Shown here: piece by piece, positions 1-11,200 of the stretch
Position numbering within the stretch: position 1 is the stretch's first letter
How the letters are laid out: every line of letters starts with the position of its first letter
Source of the DNA: a candidate division FCPU426 bacterium
GTDB lineage: Bacteria; Oederibacteriota; Muellerivitia; Muellerivitales; Muellerivitaceae
Length of the DNA: 64,000 nucleotides
NCBI GenBank assembly: GCA_963796105.1
Contig: CAWCKJ010000004.1
Coordinates: 800,001-864,000 of the forward strand
Direction: 5' to 3'
Position numbers and translations under genes: made by a program
The notes under the pieces: model-generated
Told to the model about the DNA's origin: nothing
Databases searched by the model: none
Seen by the model: only the letters and a program-made list of their open reading frames with translations

Positions 1-310
1 CGCTGTCGGATTGGACATAGGCGTATCCATACTCAGTGAAGCCCTTGCAGGCGGCGGTCAAGAGACCCACGTGGCGGGGAGTGGCCGAGAGAATGCTTTC
101 CATTAATTTCAAGCTGAAGGGAATGGCCTCACGGATGAGCTCTGGATCGTTATCGGAGGAAAAGGTGTCCCCGGTCCCGGCCAAGCTGTCCGCCACCGAA
201 TTGATAGCGAGGGACTTAATGAAACACCCGTTCAGAAGAGGGGATAGCGCCAATAAAAGCGCCCATAACGGCCAAAGGGAAAGAGTTTTTGAGTTTTTTG
301 AAGGCATCAT
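1..310 (-). CDS. TRAP transporter TatT (T-component) family lipoprotein, N-terminal part; runs off the window edge
   Basis: Not in the ORF track. Manual minus-strand translation: MMPSKNSKTLSLWPLWALLLALSPLLNGC (lipobox) FIKSLAINSVADSLAGTGDTFSSDNDPELIREAIPFSLKLMESIL...GFTEYGYAYVQSD, which matches my recollection of TatT family N-termini. Confidence 0.75.
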   Translation of the reverse strand, partial: MMPSKNSKTLSLWPLWALLLALSPLLNGCFIKSLAINSVADSLAGTGDTFSSDNDPELIREAIPFSLKLMESILSATPRHVGLLTAACKGFTEYGYAYVQSDS

Positions 311-757
311 CGGTCCTAGGGATGAAATAAAGAGTGACCTTTTTACCCTTAACTCATGGGAAGTGTCAATCATAACGAATACCTACTTATTGGACAAATC
401 AGGCCTGTTTTTTGTTAATTCACGGGTTTTTGCTGGTTCTTACTGGATAGTTACCCACAAAATAATAGACAACACTAAAGCGTTGTTCGGAGTTTCGGGC
501 GCTAAAAACATGAATCATTCAGAAGACCTGATGTGAATCCACGACACTATTATGGATTTTCCCCTTAAAGCCCTGGACATAATGCGTTAAAGACATTATT
601 CGTTCTGATTAGAATTTATGGTACATTTTCAACCAATCGGAAAAGCTATTAAAACTTGGCCGTGGTTATTTTAGGAAATGAACGGCTTTTTCCCTTTTTG
701 TGCTGTATATTTTTTTCGGGGTTTACCTTACATCCATTAATGAGTTAAGGAGAAATC

Positions 758-1317
758 ATGAGAAAATTTCAAGGCAATCATTGGCTGATCCTGATGATAT
801 TCGCCCTCAGCCCACTTACAGCCTGGGGCCTGCAATCCCCCGGCACCGGAAACCAAGGAGGCCCGGCCGCATTGAGATGATGCAAAAACAGCTCGGGTTA
901 AGCGACGCCCAAGCCAGCAAGATAAGGGATTTATTCGCGAATGGGGACAGGGAAATTTCCCGGCTGAATGACAGGATCAAAGTGGAGTCGGATTATCTCG
1001 TGAAGAAACTTCAATTGGGTTACTCGGACTCGGAAATTCAAAACTCGGTGGATGAGCTGAACAAGGATGAGAAAAAAATCCAGGCAATCCAGAACAGGGT
1101 TCGGGACGACATGAAATTGATCCTTAACCCGGTGCAACAGGCCAAGTTCGTCCTGGGAGGCCTGAGGAACAATCCCAACAACCATCCGGTCATGGGGAGA
1201 AGGCCCTCGGGCGCCGCGCCCCGCGCCAAGCAGCCCGCGATGAACAGACAAAATTCGAATCAAAAACAACCCTCAGGGTCGGGATCGGCTCCTAGCCAAT
1301 CCGAACCTGAAAAATAA
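758..1317 (+). pseudogene. Spy/CpxP-like periplasmic helical protein with an apparent 1-nt frameshift near 865
   Basis: AGGAG RBS and ATG at 758 open a signal peptide (MRKFQGNHWLILMIFALSPLTAWG) that stops at 880. The LGLSDAQ...LNPVQQ (LTxxQ-like) body lies in the neighbouring frame. One extra base in cccggccgc would join them. Confidence 0.6.
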
Positions 1318-1367
1318 TACCTTCAAACAGGATCTATAAGACGCCTGTTTCAAAAATTAGTTTTAAT

Positions 1368-1402
1368 AAAAAAGCCCGGCGGAAATCCCACCGGGCTTTT
1401 TT
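1368..1402. terminator. Bidirectional intrinsic terminator
   Basis: aaaaaagcccgg-loop-ccgggctttttt between convergent genes. Confidence 0.85.
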
Positions 1403-1431
1403 GTTTTTCTTTAGGTTTTAAATTTAATCGC

Positions 1432-1629
1432 TTACTTCGCGGTTTTCGCCTTGGGGGCGACCGACGCGGCGGTTTTAGGCGCCACAACGGTTTTATGCGC
1501 TTTTTTGTGCGCCTTTTTGTGGGCCTTGATGGTTTTCTCGGCCGGAGTTTCCTTCGCTTGGGCAAAAACCACGCCTGAAGTAGCTGCTAAAAAAAACGCG
1601 GACAGAACTAGCACCAGAACTTTTTTCAT
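1432..1629 (-). CDS. Small secreted Lys/Ala/His-rich protein (acid-shock Asr-like)
   Basis: Signal peptide ending VFA-Q, KAHK repeats, GGAGG-like RBS. Confidence 0.65.
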   Translation of the reverse strand: MKKVLVLVLSAFFLAATSGVVFAQAKETPAEKTIKAHKKAHKKAHKTVVAPKTAASVAPKAKTAK

Positions 1630-1786
1630 AACTTATCCCTCCTTAGGATATCCCTGATTTGTTGAGACAACTAAAGCCTGCATTAGATTAGACGTGATTA
1701 TCCCTGAAAAGTTCCAATGATTCTCCTAATAAAACGGTAATTTTGGCGGTTCCTTTTCCCTTTAAATATAAAGATATTAAAAAAGA

Positions 1787-1815
1787 TTGATAATTAACCG
1801 ACCGGTTGGTAAGTT
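1787..1815 (+). promoter_or_regulatory. Sigma70-type promoter with a TetR-type operator in the spacer
   Basis: TTGATA-17 nt-TAAGTT. The near-palindrome ACCGACCGGTTGGT lies between the hexamers, and the -10 ends 8 nt before the TetR ATG. Confidence 0.6.
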
Positions 1816-1823
1816 TATCGCCC

Positions 1824-2435
1824 ATGTCAAGAGTATTGGATAAGAAAAAACATTCGGGCCAGAAGAACCGCTTCCTGGTCCAGGCCCGCAGGCTCTTCGC
1901 GGCCCACGGCATCATGGAAACCAGCATGTCCCAGATCGCCAAGGCCTGCAAGGTGACCAAGGCCGGCCTGTACCACTATTTCAAGAGCAAGGACGCGGTC
2001 GTCAAGGAGATCTTCCTCTCCCATGCCGATGAGAGAGAGCAAATTGTGGCCCTCTTAAACAAGGCGAAGAATTTGGAGGAGTGCCTTTACCTGATGGGCA
2101 AGCACCATTTGGAGGAAATGACCCGTCCCGACAACAAGGAGCTCATGAGGATCATGCTCAGCGAGACGATGAAAAACGCCGAGATGAGAAAATTTTACGA
2201 GGAATTCATCACGGGGCAGATCGCCTATATCGTCCAGGAAATCCTGGCGCCCAAGGCCTGCTGTCCGAAACCGGAAAAGGAAGTCCGGCTTCTCTTCTTC
2301 CAGTTCTTCGCGAGCCTGATGCATTACTCCTGGCACCAGATGATGGTGAGCGACCTTACCCCCCTGATCGGGGACGGCGAGACATTCATCAAGTCGCTTT
2401 CCAGGACTTACGCCATGAGGCTCCAGGAACGTTAA
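1824..2435 (+). CDS. TetR/AcrR family transcriptional regulator
   Basis: N-terminal HTH: ARRLFAAHG...SMSQIAKACKVTKAGLYHYFKSK. Confidence 0.93.
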   Translation: MSRVLDKKKHSGQKNRFLVQARRLFAAHGIMETSMSQIAKACKVTKAGLYHYFKSKDAVVKEIFLSHADEREQIVALLNKAKNLEECLYLMGKHHLEEMTRPDNKELMRIMLSETMKNAEMRKFYEEFITGQIAYIVQEILAPKACCPKPEKEVRLLFFQFFASLMHYSWHQMMVSDLTPLIGDGETFIKSLSRTYAMRLQER

Positions 2436-2553
2436 GGTTTAAAACCCCGATAATCCGGCGGAGTCTGGTTATTTCAGGAAGAAACGAGATTTTTTTTAGA
2501 CAAAAAGTTGAGTCCCTGGATCATTCGAAGTGAGCGAGGTTTAAACCCAAGCC

Positions 2554-3075
2554 ATGTACGATTTCAGGGTGGAAAAGGACTTCCAGGAATTCGTTTCAGC
2601 CCACCGCCGTTCGTGGGTCAGGATGGCCGCCAGCGTCCTGAGGGACCGTCACGAGGCTGAGGACACGGTCCAGGAAACATTGGCCATACTTTGGAAGAAC
2701 CGGAGCACCTTGAAAGTCGGGAACCCGGCGGCTTACGCCTCCCGGGCGGTTTGGGTCAACGCGCTCAAGCGACGAAAGAGGGGAAAGCGCCTTCTTTCCC
2801 TGGAGGGACTGCCGGAACCGGCGGCTGATCCAGGGGAAGAGGACCCGGAAGGTTGGGGCGAGGTCAGCCCTTCGGCCCTGGAAAAGGCCATAGAGGGTCT
2901 GCCCGAGGTTCAGAGGTCGGTGATCCGCATGAAATATTACGCGGGCCTGTCCTTCAGGGAAATCGGGGAGGCGTTGAAGATATCCTTGAACACGGCGGCC
3001 AGCCGGTGCCGTTACGCCTTGGCCGCCTTGAAGGAAGCCCTCGGTACCCGTCGTCATCCAGGGGACCGCGGCTAA
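2554..3075 (+). CDS. ECF RNA polymerase sigma factor
   Basis: Region 2 (AEDTVQETLAILW) and region 4 (LPEVQRSVIRMKYYAGLSFREIGEALKISLNTAASR). Confidence 0.9.
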   Translation: MYDFRVEKDFQEFVSAHRRSWVRMAASVLRDRHEAEDTVQETLAILWKNRSTLKVGNPAAYASRAVWVNALKRRKRGKRLLSLEGLPEPAADPGEEDPEGWGEVSPSALEKAIEGLPEVQRSVIRMKYYAGLSFREIGEALKISLNTAASRCRYALAALKEALGTRRHPGDRG

Positions 3076-3102
3076 CACGGCCCCTTTTAAAAGGAGAAAG
3101 TC

Positions 3103-3474
3103 ATGGTCGAGAAATTAAAGGATCAGGAAAAAAGCGGGCCGGAGCAGAACGTTGAATTTTCAGCGGGCGCGGCTGTCGGGGTGACGGGAATCCTCGGCGG
3201 CGTGGCGCTCGCGCTGGGGTTGCCATGGATCCTATTGTCCCATGCCCAAGCGTTGGACCCTAAAGTGACGGTGATTCTGACCGTAACAGCTTTGATCGTA
3301 GGGGGACTAGTGGCCTTGACCTCGGCTTTTTTCGGCCTGGTCATGCCCCGTCACGTGGGCGGTTGGAGGCACCTTGGAAGGCATCACCATTGGGACGCCG
3401 AGAATTGGAAGGATTGGGGCCAGGAATTGAAAGAGGATTTCAAAAGACGGGGCCGGCGCCGGGAACGAGATTAG
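3103..3474 (+). CDS. Two-TM hypothetical membrane protein
   Basis: AAGGAG RBS, two hydrophobic helices, His/Trp/Arg-rich tail. Confidence 0.65.
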   Translation: MVEKLKDQEKSGPEQNVEFSAGAAVGVTGILGGVALALGLPWILLSHAQALDPKVTVILTVTALIVGGLVALTSAFFGLVMPRHVGGWRHLGRHHHWDAENWKDWGQELKEDFKRRGRRRERD

Positions 3475-3541
3475 TTTCCAGGCGGGGGATTTTAAGGGGA
3501 CTAAAGCCCCTAAAAGTTTTTGATCATCAACGAGGTGGGTC

Positions 3542-4984
3542 ATGAAAAAGTTAATGGGACTGGGTTTGGGACTGTGGCTGGCGGCGGGCATGGCCTCCGC
3601 CCAGCAAAAGCTGTCGCTGGAGGATTACCTGGCGCAGGTGAAGGCCCAGGGGTCGGAATACAAAGGCCTTCAAGCCGCCGAGGAAGGGTACCGGAAAGAA
3701 TCCCACCAAATGGACCTGCTTTATTCCCCGGTGTTAACGGCGAATTACAGCCATTTGAACGACCAATCCCAGCAGGCCACGGTCCTGTCCACCGACCAAA
3801 CCTTAGCCGATACGGCGGGAGTAGCCATCGCCGAAAAGATGCCGTTCGGCCCCACCCTCGCGATTGGTTATACCTTCAATGATATCAATTTGAAATATTC
3901 CCCACAATTGCTTAACGCTTTTGGGTCTTATTCATCCCTATTCTTAACCTCCTACTATCAAATCGCGCCAATCGTTTCCTTGTCCGTCCCTTTATTCAAG
4001 GATTTCGGCGGGGCCCAAACTTCCGCGGGTGTCAAAGCAGTTGAATATGGCTTGGATTCATCTGAGAAAGCTTCGGCTTTTCAAAAAGAAGGAGTCCTTT
4101 ACGGAGCCAAGGTGGCTTATTGGAACTTGGCCTTGGCGAGAAAAGACGTTGAAATCCGCCAGGATACCCTGAGCCGCAACCAGAAAATTTGGGAATGGAC
4201 AAAACGCAGGGTCGCTCGCAATCTGGCTGATCCCCCAGACGCACTTCAAGCGGAAGCCTCCGTAAGGGAAGCTGAATTGGACTTGCAACAGTCTATGGAT
4301 GGGGAGCGATCACGGCGGTTGGTTTTTAATAAATACCGGAATTTGGCGACGGATGACGTTCCAGAGGGGCAGGAAAACCTGGAAGATTCATTGGCCAATA
4401 CACACGTTGATATTCCCCGGGATCCTCCGGAGCGGGTAGATTTGAAATCCGCTGAATTCATCGCCCAGCAGAAAAAAGCCACCTATGACGAAACCTACCA
4501 AAACATCTACCCGGATATCATGGCTTTCGCGACCTGGAGGGGGAACGGTCTTGATCCCAGTTTCCAAACCGCGAATGACACCGCTTTTGGAACCGACCAT
4601 CCTACCTGGACCCTGGGAGCCCAATTCAACCTGCCGTTGGATCTTTTCACTGCCTCGAGAACGGCGGAGGGTTACAAAAAGGAATATGAAAGCTCGGAAC
4701 TCACCTTGCAAAACAAAAAGCTGTCGGTGGACCAGGATTGGCGGGATATCAGGGCCCGCCTCGCCGATGTGGATAAGCGCCTGGCCATGGCCGCCGAGAT
4801 TGAGTCGCTTCAAAAGAGAAACGCCGAGGAGCAAAAAAGCCAGTTGGAACTTGGCCGATCCACCCAATTCCAGCTAATACAGATCGAAAACGGATACTCC
4901 CTGGCGCGCTTGAGGCGCTTGAACCTCGTCGCCGAGAAGTTGGGGCTTTTAGCCGAGGCGCAATGGTGGCTTTCCGCCCAATAA
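3542..4984 (+). CDS. TolC family outer membrane efflux protein
   Basis: Signal peptide, LSLEDYL start, two OEP-like halves (AYWNLALA; ELGRSTQFQLIQ), directly upstream of RND genes. Confidence 0.85.
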   Translation: MKKLMGLGLGLWLAAGMASAQQKLSLEDYLAQVKAQGSEYKGLQAAEEGYRKESHQMDLLYSPVLTANYSHLNDQSQQATVLSTDQTLADTAGVAIAEKMPFGPTLAIGYTFNDINLKYSPQLLNAFGSYSSLFLTSYYQIAPIVSLSVPLFKDFGGAQTSAGVKAVEYGLDSSEKASAFQKEGVLYGAKVAYWNLALARKDVEIRQDTLSRNQKIWEWTKRRVARNLADPPDALQAEASVREAELDLQQSMDGERSRRLVFNKYRNLATDDVPEGQENLEDSLANTHVDIPRDPPERVDLKSAEFIAQQKKATYDETYQNIYPDIMAFATWRGNGLDPSFQTANDTAFGTDHPTWTLGAQFNLPLDLFTASRTAEGYKKEYESSELTLQNKKLSVDQDWRDIRARLADVDKRLAMAAEIESLQKRNAEEQKSQLELGRSTQFQLIQIENGYSLARLRRLNLVAEKLGLLAEAQWWLSAQ

Positions 4985-5107
4985 GGCTTTGGGCGAATGA
5001 TAAGTTTTAAATGTTTAATTTTAAATAAAGGAATTTTCCGCGAAGCGGGAATGACCTAAATTTAAAATTCAAAATCAAGAATTCAAAATTTAAAGGGGTT
5101 TTTTAGA

Positions 5108-8100
5108 ATGAATCTCCCAAAATTGGCAATTGACCGGCCCGTCTTCATGAGCTGCGTGGTCATCATGATCATGGTGCTGGGCATCATGGGCTACCTGTCC
5201 TTGGGCGTGGACCTGTTCCCGGACGTCAGCTTCCCCTTCGTGTTCGTGACGGTCCCCTACCAGGGGGCCTCGCCTGAGGAAATCGAGACGCAAATCTCCA
5301 AGCCCATGGAGGACGAGCTCAGCTCCCTTCAGGGCGTAAAAAAAGTCTCCTCCTCCAATCAGGAGGGGTTCGCCGTCATCTGGGTGCAGTTCACCCTGGA
5401 GACCGACGCCAAGGACGCCGAGCAGCAGGTGCGCGACCGGGTGGCCTTCGTGCGGCCCCAATTGCCCAAAGGCATCGATGAGCCCATCATCCGGCGGTTC
5501 GACCCCACGGACCAAGCGGTGGCCATCCTGAGCCTCCAGGCCCCTGGGCTTTCCCCCGCCGACACCTACGACCTGGCCGACCAGTACATCAAACCCCGCC
5601 TCGCGGAGGTGCCGGGGGTGGGCGTGGTCAACATCGTGGGGGGCCACAAAAGGGAGATTCAGGTCCAGTTGGACCGAGGCCAGCTCAACCGATACCGCCT
5701 CAGCGCGGGCCAGGTGGCGGACAGGATCGGCTTGAACGGCATGAACGTGCCCGTGGGCAAGGTTGACCTGGGGCCCCAGGAGCTTCTTTTCAGGTCCGTC
5801 GGCGAGTACAACGACTTGGAGCGCATCAAGCGGACCCCCGTCAACTTTTTCGGTTCCGACGTGTCGGTAACGGTGGATAAATTGGGCCGGGTGATAGACA
5901 CGGTGGCGGACCCCGACAGCTACAGTTTCCTCAACGGCCAGCCCACCCTGGTCTTGCAAGTTTACAAACAGTCCAAGGCAAATACCGTGGCGGTGGTGGA
6001 CGGGGCCTTGAAGCAGATGGATAAGATCAACAAGTACCTCAAGACGAAATCGGGCTCCCCCGAGCTTTCCGTGATCCAGGAAATGGCGCGACCCGTCCGG
6101 ATGAACCTCACGGACGTCAAGTTCACCATCCTCCAGGGCATCCTCCTGACCATCCTGGTGGTCCTTCTGTTTCTCGGAAGTTTCCGCTCCACCTTGATCA
6201 CCATCACCTCCCTCCCGGTTTCACTATTGGGAGCCTTCTTCCTCATGAACAGCCAGGGTTACACCCTGAATGTCATGACGCTTTTGGCCTTGTCGCTCGC
6301 GGTGGGACTTTTGATCGACGACGCCATCGTGGTCCGGGAAAACATCTGGCGGCACATCGAGGAGGGGATGGAGCCTAAAAAAGCCGCCGTGGACGGGGCG
6401 CTGGAAGTGGCCCTGGCGGTCGTGGCGACCTCCTCGGTCATCATCGCGGTTTTCATGCCGATTGCTTTCCTCCACGGGATCGTGGGGCAATTTTTCCGGG
6501 AATTCGGCTTGACGGTCTGTTTCGCAATGGGCATCTCTCTCTTCGAGGCCATGGTCATGGGGCCCTTGCTCTCGGCCTATTGGGCGAGGAAAACCACCAA
6601 GGACGAGAAGGAATTACCCGTGATTGGCCCCATCCTCAAAGCTTTCAGCCGGTTCCAGGATTTCCTGGAGTCTAAATACGCGGTCCTTATCGATTGGTGC
6701 CTGAGGAACCGCAAAAAAGTGATCGGGACCGCAGTATTTCTTTTCTTTTTCGCCCTGCTGGGTTTGGGCCCCCGCATAAAGTTCACATTCCTGCCAACAG
6801 CTGATGTGGGGGAATTCGTGGTCCTTTTAAAGGGCGCTCCCGGAACCTCCCTGGAGGCGATGAAATCCATGACGGGCGAAGTCTCCGCCGTCATCCAGAA
6901 ACACCCGGAAGTGGTGGTTATGTCCGGATCCATCGGAGGGAGCGACGCCGCTGGCGCGGCCCAGGGCGTGAACAAGGCCCGTATCTATATCCGCCTCAAA
7001 TCCTACAAGGACCGCGATATCACCACGTCCGAAATGATGGCCCAGGTCCGAAAGGAACTGGAGCCCTTCCGGGAGAAACTGAAACCCCAGGTGGCAGAGG
7101 CCAGCGCCTTTGGGGACCAGGCGCCCTTCAACTTGAACCTGGTGGGGGATGATTACTCCACCTTGGTCCCCTTCGCCGAACAAATCGCGGAAAAATTCCG
7201 GGGCTTGAAGGACCTGGCCGACGTCCAATCCACCTATGACGGGGGCAAGCCCGAGTTCCAGGCGGTCTTGGACTCGGAGCGCATGAAGGTCCTCGGGGTC
7301 TCGGGCGTGGAAGCGGGGATGGAACTTCGCACCCAGGTGGAGGGTTTGGTGGCGGCTAAATTGCGCCAGCATGGCCAGGACTATGACATCCGCGTCAGGC
7401 TCCAGGAAAGCCAGAGGAACCTGGAAAAGGAATACGAAAATATCCTGGTCCCCAACCAGAACCACAACATGATCCATTTGTCCGACGTGTCCCGCCCCGT
7501 CACGACCGAGGGACCGGCCCGTATCGACCGGCAGGACCGGGCTCGCTACATCATGGTCTCGGCCCAGATCGCACCGGGAGGCGCCCTGGGTAACGCCATC
7601 GACAAGGCCAAGGCAGCCATGAAGGACATCCAACTGCCCCCCGGCGTGACCTATGAGTTCGTGGGCCAGGCCCAGGACCTCCAGGACCTCGTGGTCAGTA
7701 TGCTGGAGGCCGTGGGCTTGGCGGTTCTTTTCACTTTCATGATCCTCGCCAGCCTTTACGAATCGCCCATCATCCCCTTCACCATCATGCTGGCCATCCC
7801 CCTGGCCATCGTGGGGGCTTTCCTCGCGCTCTTCCTCGGGCAGATGATCGTCCCCACCCTGAGCCTGAATATTTTCAGCATGGTGGCCCTCATCATGCTT
7901 CTGGGACTCGTCACCAAGAATTCCATCCTCCTGGTGGACTATACCCTCCAGATGATGCGAAAGGGCATGCCGCGCGACGAGGCCCTGAAAGCAGCCGGGA
8001 AAGTCCGTTTGCGTCCCATCCTGATGACCACCTTCGCCCTGATCGCCGGCATGCTTCCGGTGGCTTTGGCCCTGACCGAGGTGGGCAAGTTCCGGCAATC

Positions 8101-8254
8101 CATGGGCGTGGCCATCGAGGGCGGCTTGATCAGTTCGCTTCTTTTAACCCTCGTCATCGTGCCTTCGGTCTTCGGCTACGTGGATGATTTCCGCCTGTGG
8201 TTGACCAGGATATTCGAGTCGTTCAACGCGAAGCCCGGACTGGATAAGGACTAA
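5108..8254 (+). CDS. RND efflux permease (AcrB/AcrD/AcrF family), copy 1
   Basis: 1048 aa; GLLIDDAIVVRENI, KNSILLVD and RLRPILMTT motifs. Confidence 0.95.
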   Translation: MNLPKLAIDRPVFMSCVVIMIMVLGIMGYLSLGVDLFPDVSFPFVFVTVPYQGASPEEIETQISKPMEDELSSLQGVKKVSSSNQEGFAVIWVQFTLETDAKDAEQQVRDRVAFVRPQLPKGIDEPIIRRFDPTDQAVAILSLQAPGLSPADTYDLADQYIKPRLAEVPGVGVVNIVGGHKREIQVQLDRGQLNRYRLSAGQVADRIGLNGMNVPVGKVDLGPQELLFRSVGEYNDLERIKRTPVNFFGSDVSVTVDKLGRVIDTVADPDSYSFLNGQPTLVLQVYKQSKANTVAVVDGALKQMDKINKYLKTKSGSPELSVIQEMARPVRMNLTDVKFTILQGILLTILVVLLFLGSFRSTLITITSLPVSLLGAFFLMNSQGYTLNVMTLLALSLAVGLLIDDAIVVRENIWRHIEEGMEPKKAAVDGALEVALAVVATSSVIIAVFMPIAFLHGIVGQFFREFGLTVCFAMGISLFEAMVMGPLLSAYWARKTTKDEKELPVIGPILKAFSRFQDFLESKYAVLIDWCLRNRKKVIGTAVFLFFFALLGLGPRIKFTFLPTADVGEFVVLLKGAPGTSLEAMKSMTGEVSAVIQKHPEVVVMSGSIGGSDAAGAAQGVNKARIYIRLKSYKDRDITTSEMMAQVRKELEPFREKLKPQVAEASAFGDQAPFNLNLVGDDYSTLVPFAEQIAEKFRGLKDLADVQSTYDGGKPEFQAVLDSERMKVLGVSGVEAGMELRTQVEGLVAAKLRQHGQDYDIRVRLQESQRNLEKEYENILVPNQNHNMIHLSDVSRPVTTEGPARIDRQDRARYIMVSAQIAPGGALGNAIDKAKAAMKDIQLPPGVTYEFVGQAQDLQDLVVSMLEAVGLAVLFTFMILASLYESPIIPFTIMLAIPLAIVGAFLALFLGQMIVPTLSLNIFSMVALIMLLGLVTKNSILLVDYTLQMMRKGMPRDEALKAAGKVRLRPILMTTFALIAGMLPVALALTEVGKFRQSMGVAIEGGLISSLLLTLVIVPSVFGYVDDFRLWLTRIFESFNAKPGLDKD

Positions 8255-8257
8255 ACT

Positions 8258-11200
8258 ATGAATCTTCCAAAATTAGCGGTCGAACGGCCGGTTTTCATGA
8301 GTTGCGTGGTCATCCTCCTCCTGGTGCTGGGTGTCATGGCCTACAGCACCATGGCGGTGGACCTTTTCCCCGATGTCAGCTTCCCCTTCGTCATCGTGAC
8401 CACGCCCTACCAGGGGGCCTCCCCCGAGGAAATCGAGACCCAGGTCTCCAAGCCCATGGAGGACGAGTTCAGCACCATCCAGGGCGTGAAGAAAGTGACC
8501 TCCAACAACCAGGAAGGCTACTCGGTGGTGATGGTCCAGTTCAACATGGACGCTGACGTGAAGGATTCCGAACAGCAGGTGAAGGACCACCTTTCCTTCG
8601 TGAGGACCACCCTGCCTAAGGACATCGACGAGCCGATCGTGCGGCGCCTGGATCCCAGCGCGCTTCCCGTGGCGCAGTTGAGCCTTTCCTCAACCCTTCC
8701 CCCCGCCCAGGCCTACGACTTGGCGGACCAGGTCATCAAGCCCCAATTGGCCCAGGTCGAGGGCGTGGGCGTCATCAATATCCAGGGAGGCCGCAAGCGG
8801 GAAATCCAGGTGCAGTTGGACCGCGGTTTGTTGAACCGTTTCCACATCAGCGCCTCCCAGGTAGCCACCCGCATCGGCATGAACGGCATGAACGTGCCCG
8901 TGGGCAAGGTGCAAGTAGCGGGCAGGGACCTCCTGTTCCGGTCGGTGGGCCAGTACGAGGACCTCGACCGCCTCCGCCAGACATCGGTTAATTTCATGGG
9001 GTCCGACGTTTCCGTGCCAGTGGAGCGCCTGGGCAAGGTGGTGGACACGGTGGAGGACGCTCAGGGTTACAGTTTTATCAACGGACAATCCGCCCTCATC
9101 ATCCAGATCGTGAAACAATCCAAGGCCAACACGGTCGCGGTGGTGGATGCCCTTACCAAGCGCATCTCCAAAATCAACGAGAGCCTCAAGGGCCGCCCCG
9201 GCTCACCGCGTTTGGATATGTTCCAAGACATGGCTTGGTACATCCGCATGAACCTGCAGGACGTCAAGTTCACCATCCTCCAGGGAATCCTTCTCACCAT
9301 CCTGGTGGTTTTCCTGTTCCTGGGAAGCTTCCGTTCGACCCTCATCACCATCACAGCCCTGCCAGTGTCGCTTTTCGGCGCTTTTTTCCTGATGAACGGC
9401 GTGGGTTTTACCTTGAACATGATGACCTTCCTGGCCTTGTCCTTGGCGGTGGGGCTTTTGATCGACGACGCCATCGTGGTGCGGGAAAACATCTGGAGGC
9501 ACATCGAGGAAGGGACGGAACCCAAGAAAGCCGCGGTGGAGGCCGCTTTGGAGGTCGCGCTGGCCGTCGTGGCAACCTCCTCCGTGGTTATCGCGGTTTT
9601 CATGCCCATTTCCTTCCTGAGCGGATTGGTAGGCCAGTTTTTCCGGCAGTTCGGCTTGACGGTTTGTTTCGCCATGAGCATTTCGCTTTTCGAGGCCATG
9701 GTCATGGGTCCCTTGCTTTCGGCTTTCTGGGGAAAGAAAAGGGGGAAAGGTTTCAGCTTGATCGACTATCTGGACCATCTTTTCGCTCCGTTTCTCGCCA
9801 AGTTCGGGCGGTTCCAGGATTTCCTTCAGGAAGTCTACTCGAAGGTGATCGACGCTTGCTTGAAACACCGTTTCCTCGTGATCCTGGGAGCGGTTTTGAT
9901 TTTCCTTTGCAGCCTGGGCCTTCTGCCCCTCATGAAAGTGACCTTCAAACCTTCCGCGGACGTGGGGCAGTTCGCGGTTTACCTGATGGCGGATCCGGCC
10001 ACCTCCCTGGAAACCATGCGGGACAAGACTTTGGAAATCGAAAAGTTGGTCCGCAAACATCCGGAGGTTGCGCTGGTGGCCGACAGCATCGGGGGTTCTA
10101 CCGCCACTGGAGCCGACCAGGGCTCCAACAAGTCGAACCTTTATATCCTGATGAAGCCGGCTGACCAGCGCCATATCGACACCGCCGGATTGAAGGAAAT
10201 CCTCCGCAAGGAATTGGAGCCTTATACCAAGGAATTGAGTCCCCAGGTGGCTGACTATGATCCCATCATGAACCAGGCTCCCTTCACCTTGAACCTGATC
10301 GGGGAGGACTACTCGGTTCTGGCGCCTTATGCTCTTCAAGTCGTGGAAAAGGTCAAGAGCATTCCCGGCCTGGCGGACGTGCAGTCCACCTTCAACGGCG
10401 GTAAGCCGGAGTTCCAGGCCAAACTGGACCCCGTCAAACTGAAAAACCTCGGGGTTTCCGGATTGGAAGCGGGAGGGGAACTCCGAACCCAGGTGGAAGG
10501 GGCCACCCCGGCCAAGTTCCGGCAGGGGGGATTGGATTACTTCATCCGGGTACGGCTCCAGGAGGACCAGAGGAACCTCCAAAAGGAATTCCCGAAGGTT
10601 CTGGTGCCCAACCAAAACGGCAACCTGGTCCGGCTTTCCGACATTGCCGACCCTGTCACCACCGAGGGTCCCTCCGAGATCGACCGTGAGAACCGGGCCC
10701 GGTATATCCAGATTACCGGCCAACTGACTCCGGGCGGAAGCCTGGGCAACGTCCTTCGGGACGGGAAGAAAATCCTGCAGAGCATGCAGATGCCCAAGGG
10801 AGTATCTTACGAGTTCGTGGGCCAAGCCGAAGATTTCCATGACCTGCTGGTCAACATGGCGATTGCCGTGGGACTGGCCATGCTCTTCACCTACATGATT
10901 CTCGCCAGCCTTTACGAGTCCCCCATCTTTCCATTTGCCATCATGCTGCCTATTCCTATGGCCATGATCGGGGCCTTGGCCGCCCTTTACGCGGGGGGCT
11001 TGTTCATTCCCTATGTGAACCTCAGCCTCTTCAGCATGATTGCCATCATTATGCTGATGGGCCTGGTCACGAAAAATTCCATCCTATTGATCGACTACAC
11101 CCTGCAAATGATGCGCAAGGGAATGCCCAGGGACGAGGCCCTCAAGGCAGCTGGCCGGGTGCGGCTCCGTCCCATCCTCATGACCACTTTCGCGCTGATC

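Noticed and set aside
36..536. Plus-strand 166-aa ORF
   Set aside because: Shadow of the minus-strand TatT-like lipoprotein gene.
5090..10840. Long antisense ORFs over the RND genes (and similar ones over pepF, purC, the helicases and cydAB)
   Set aside because: Expected shadow frames of GC-rich coding sequence; no recognisable domains.
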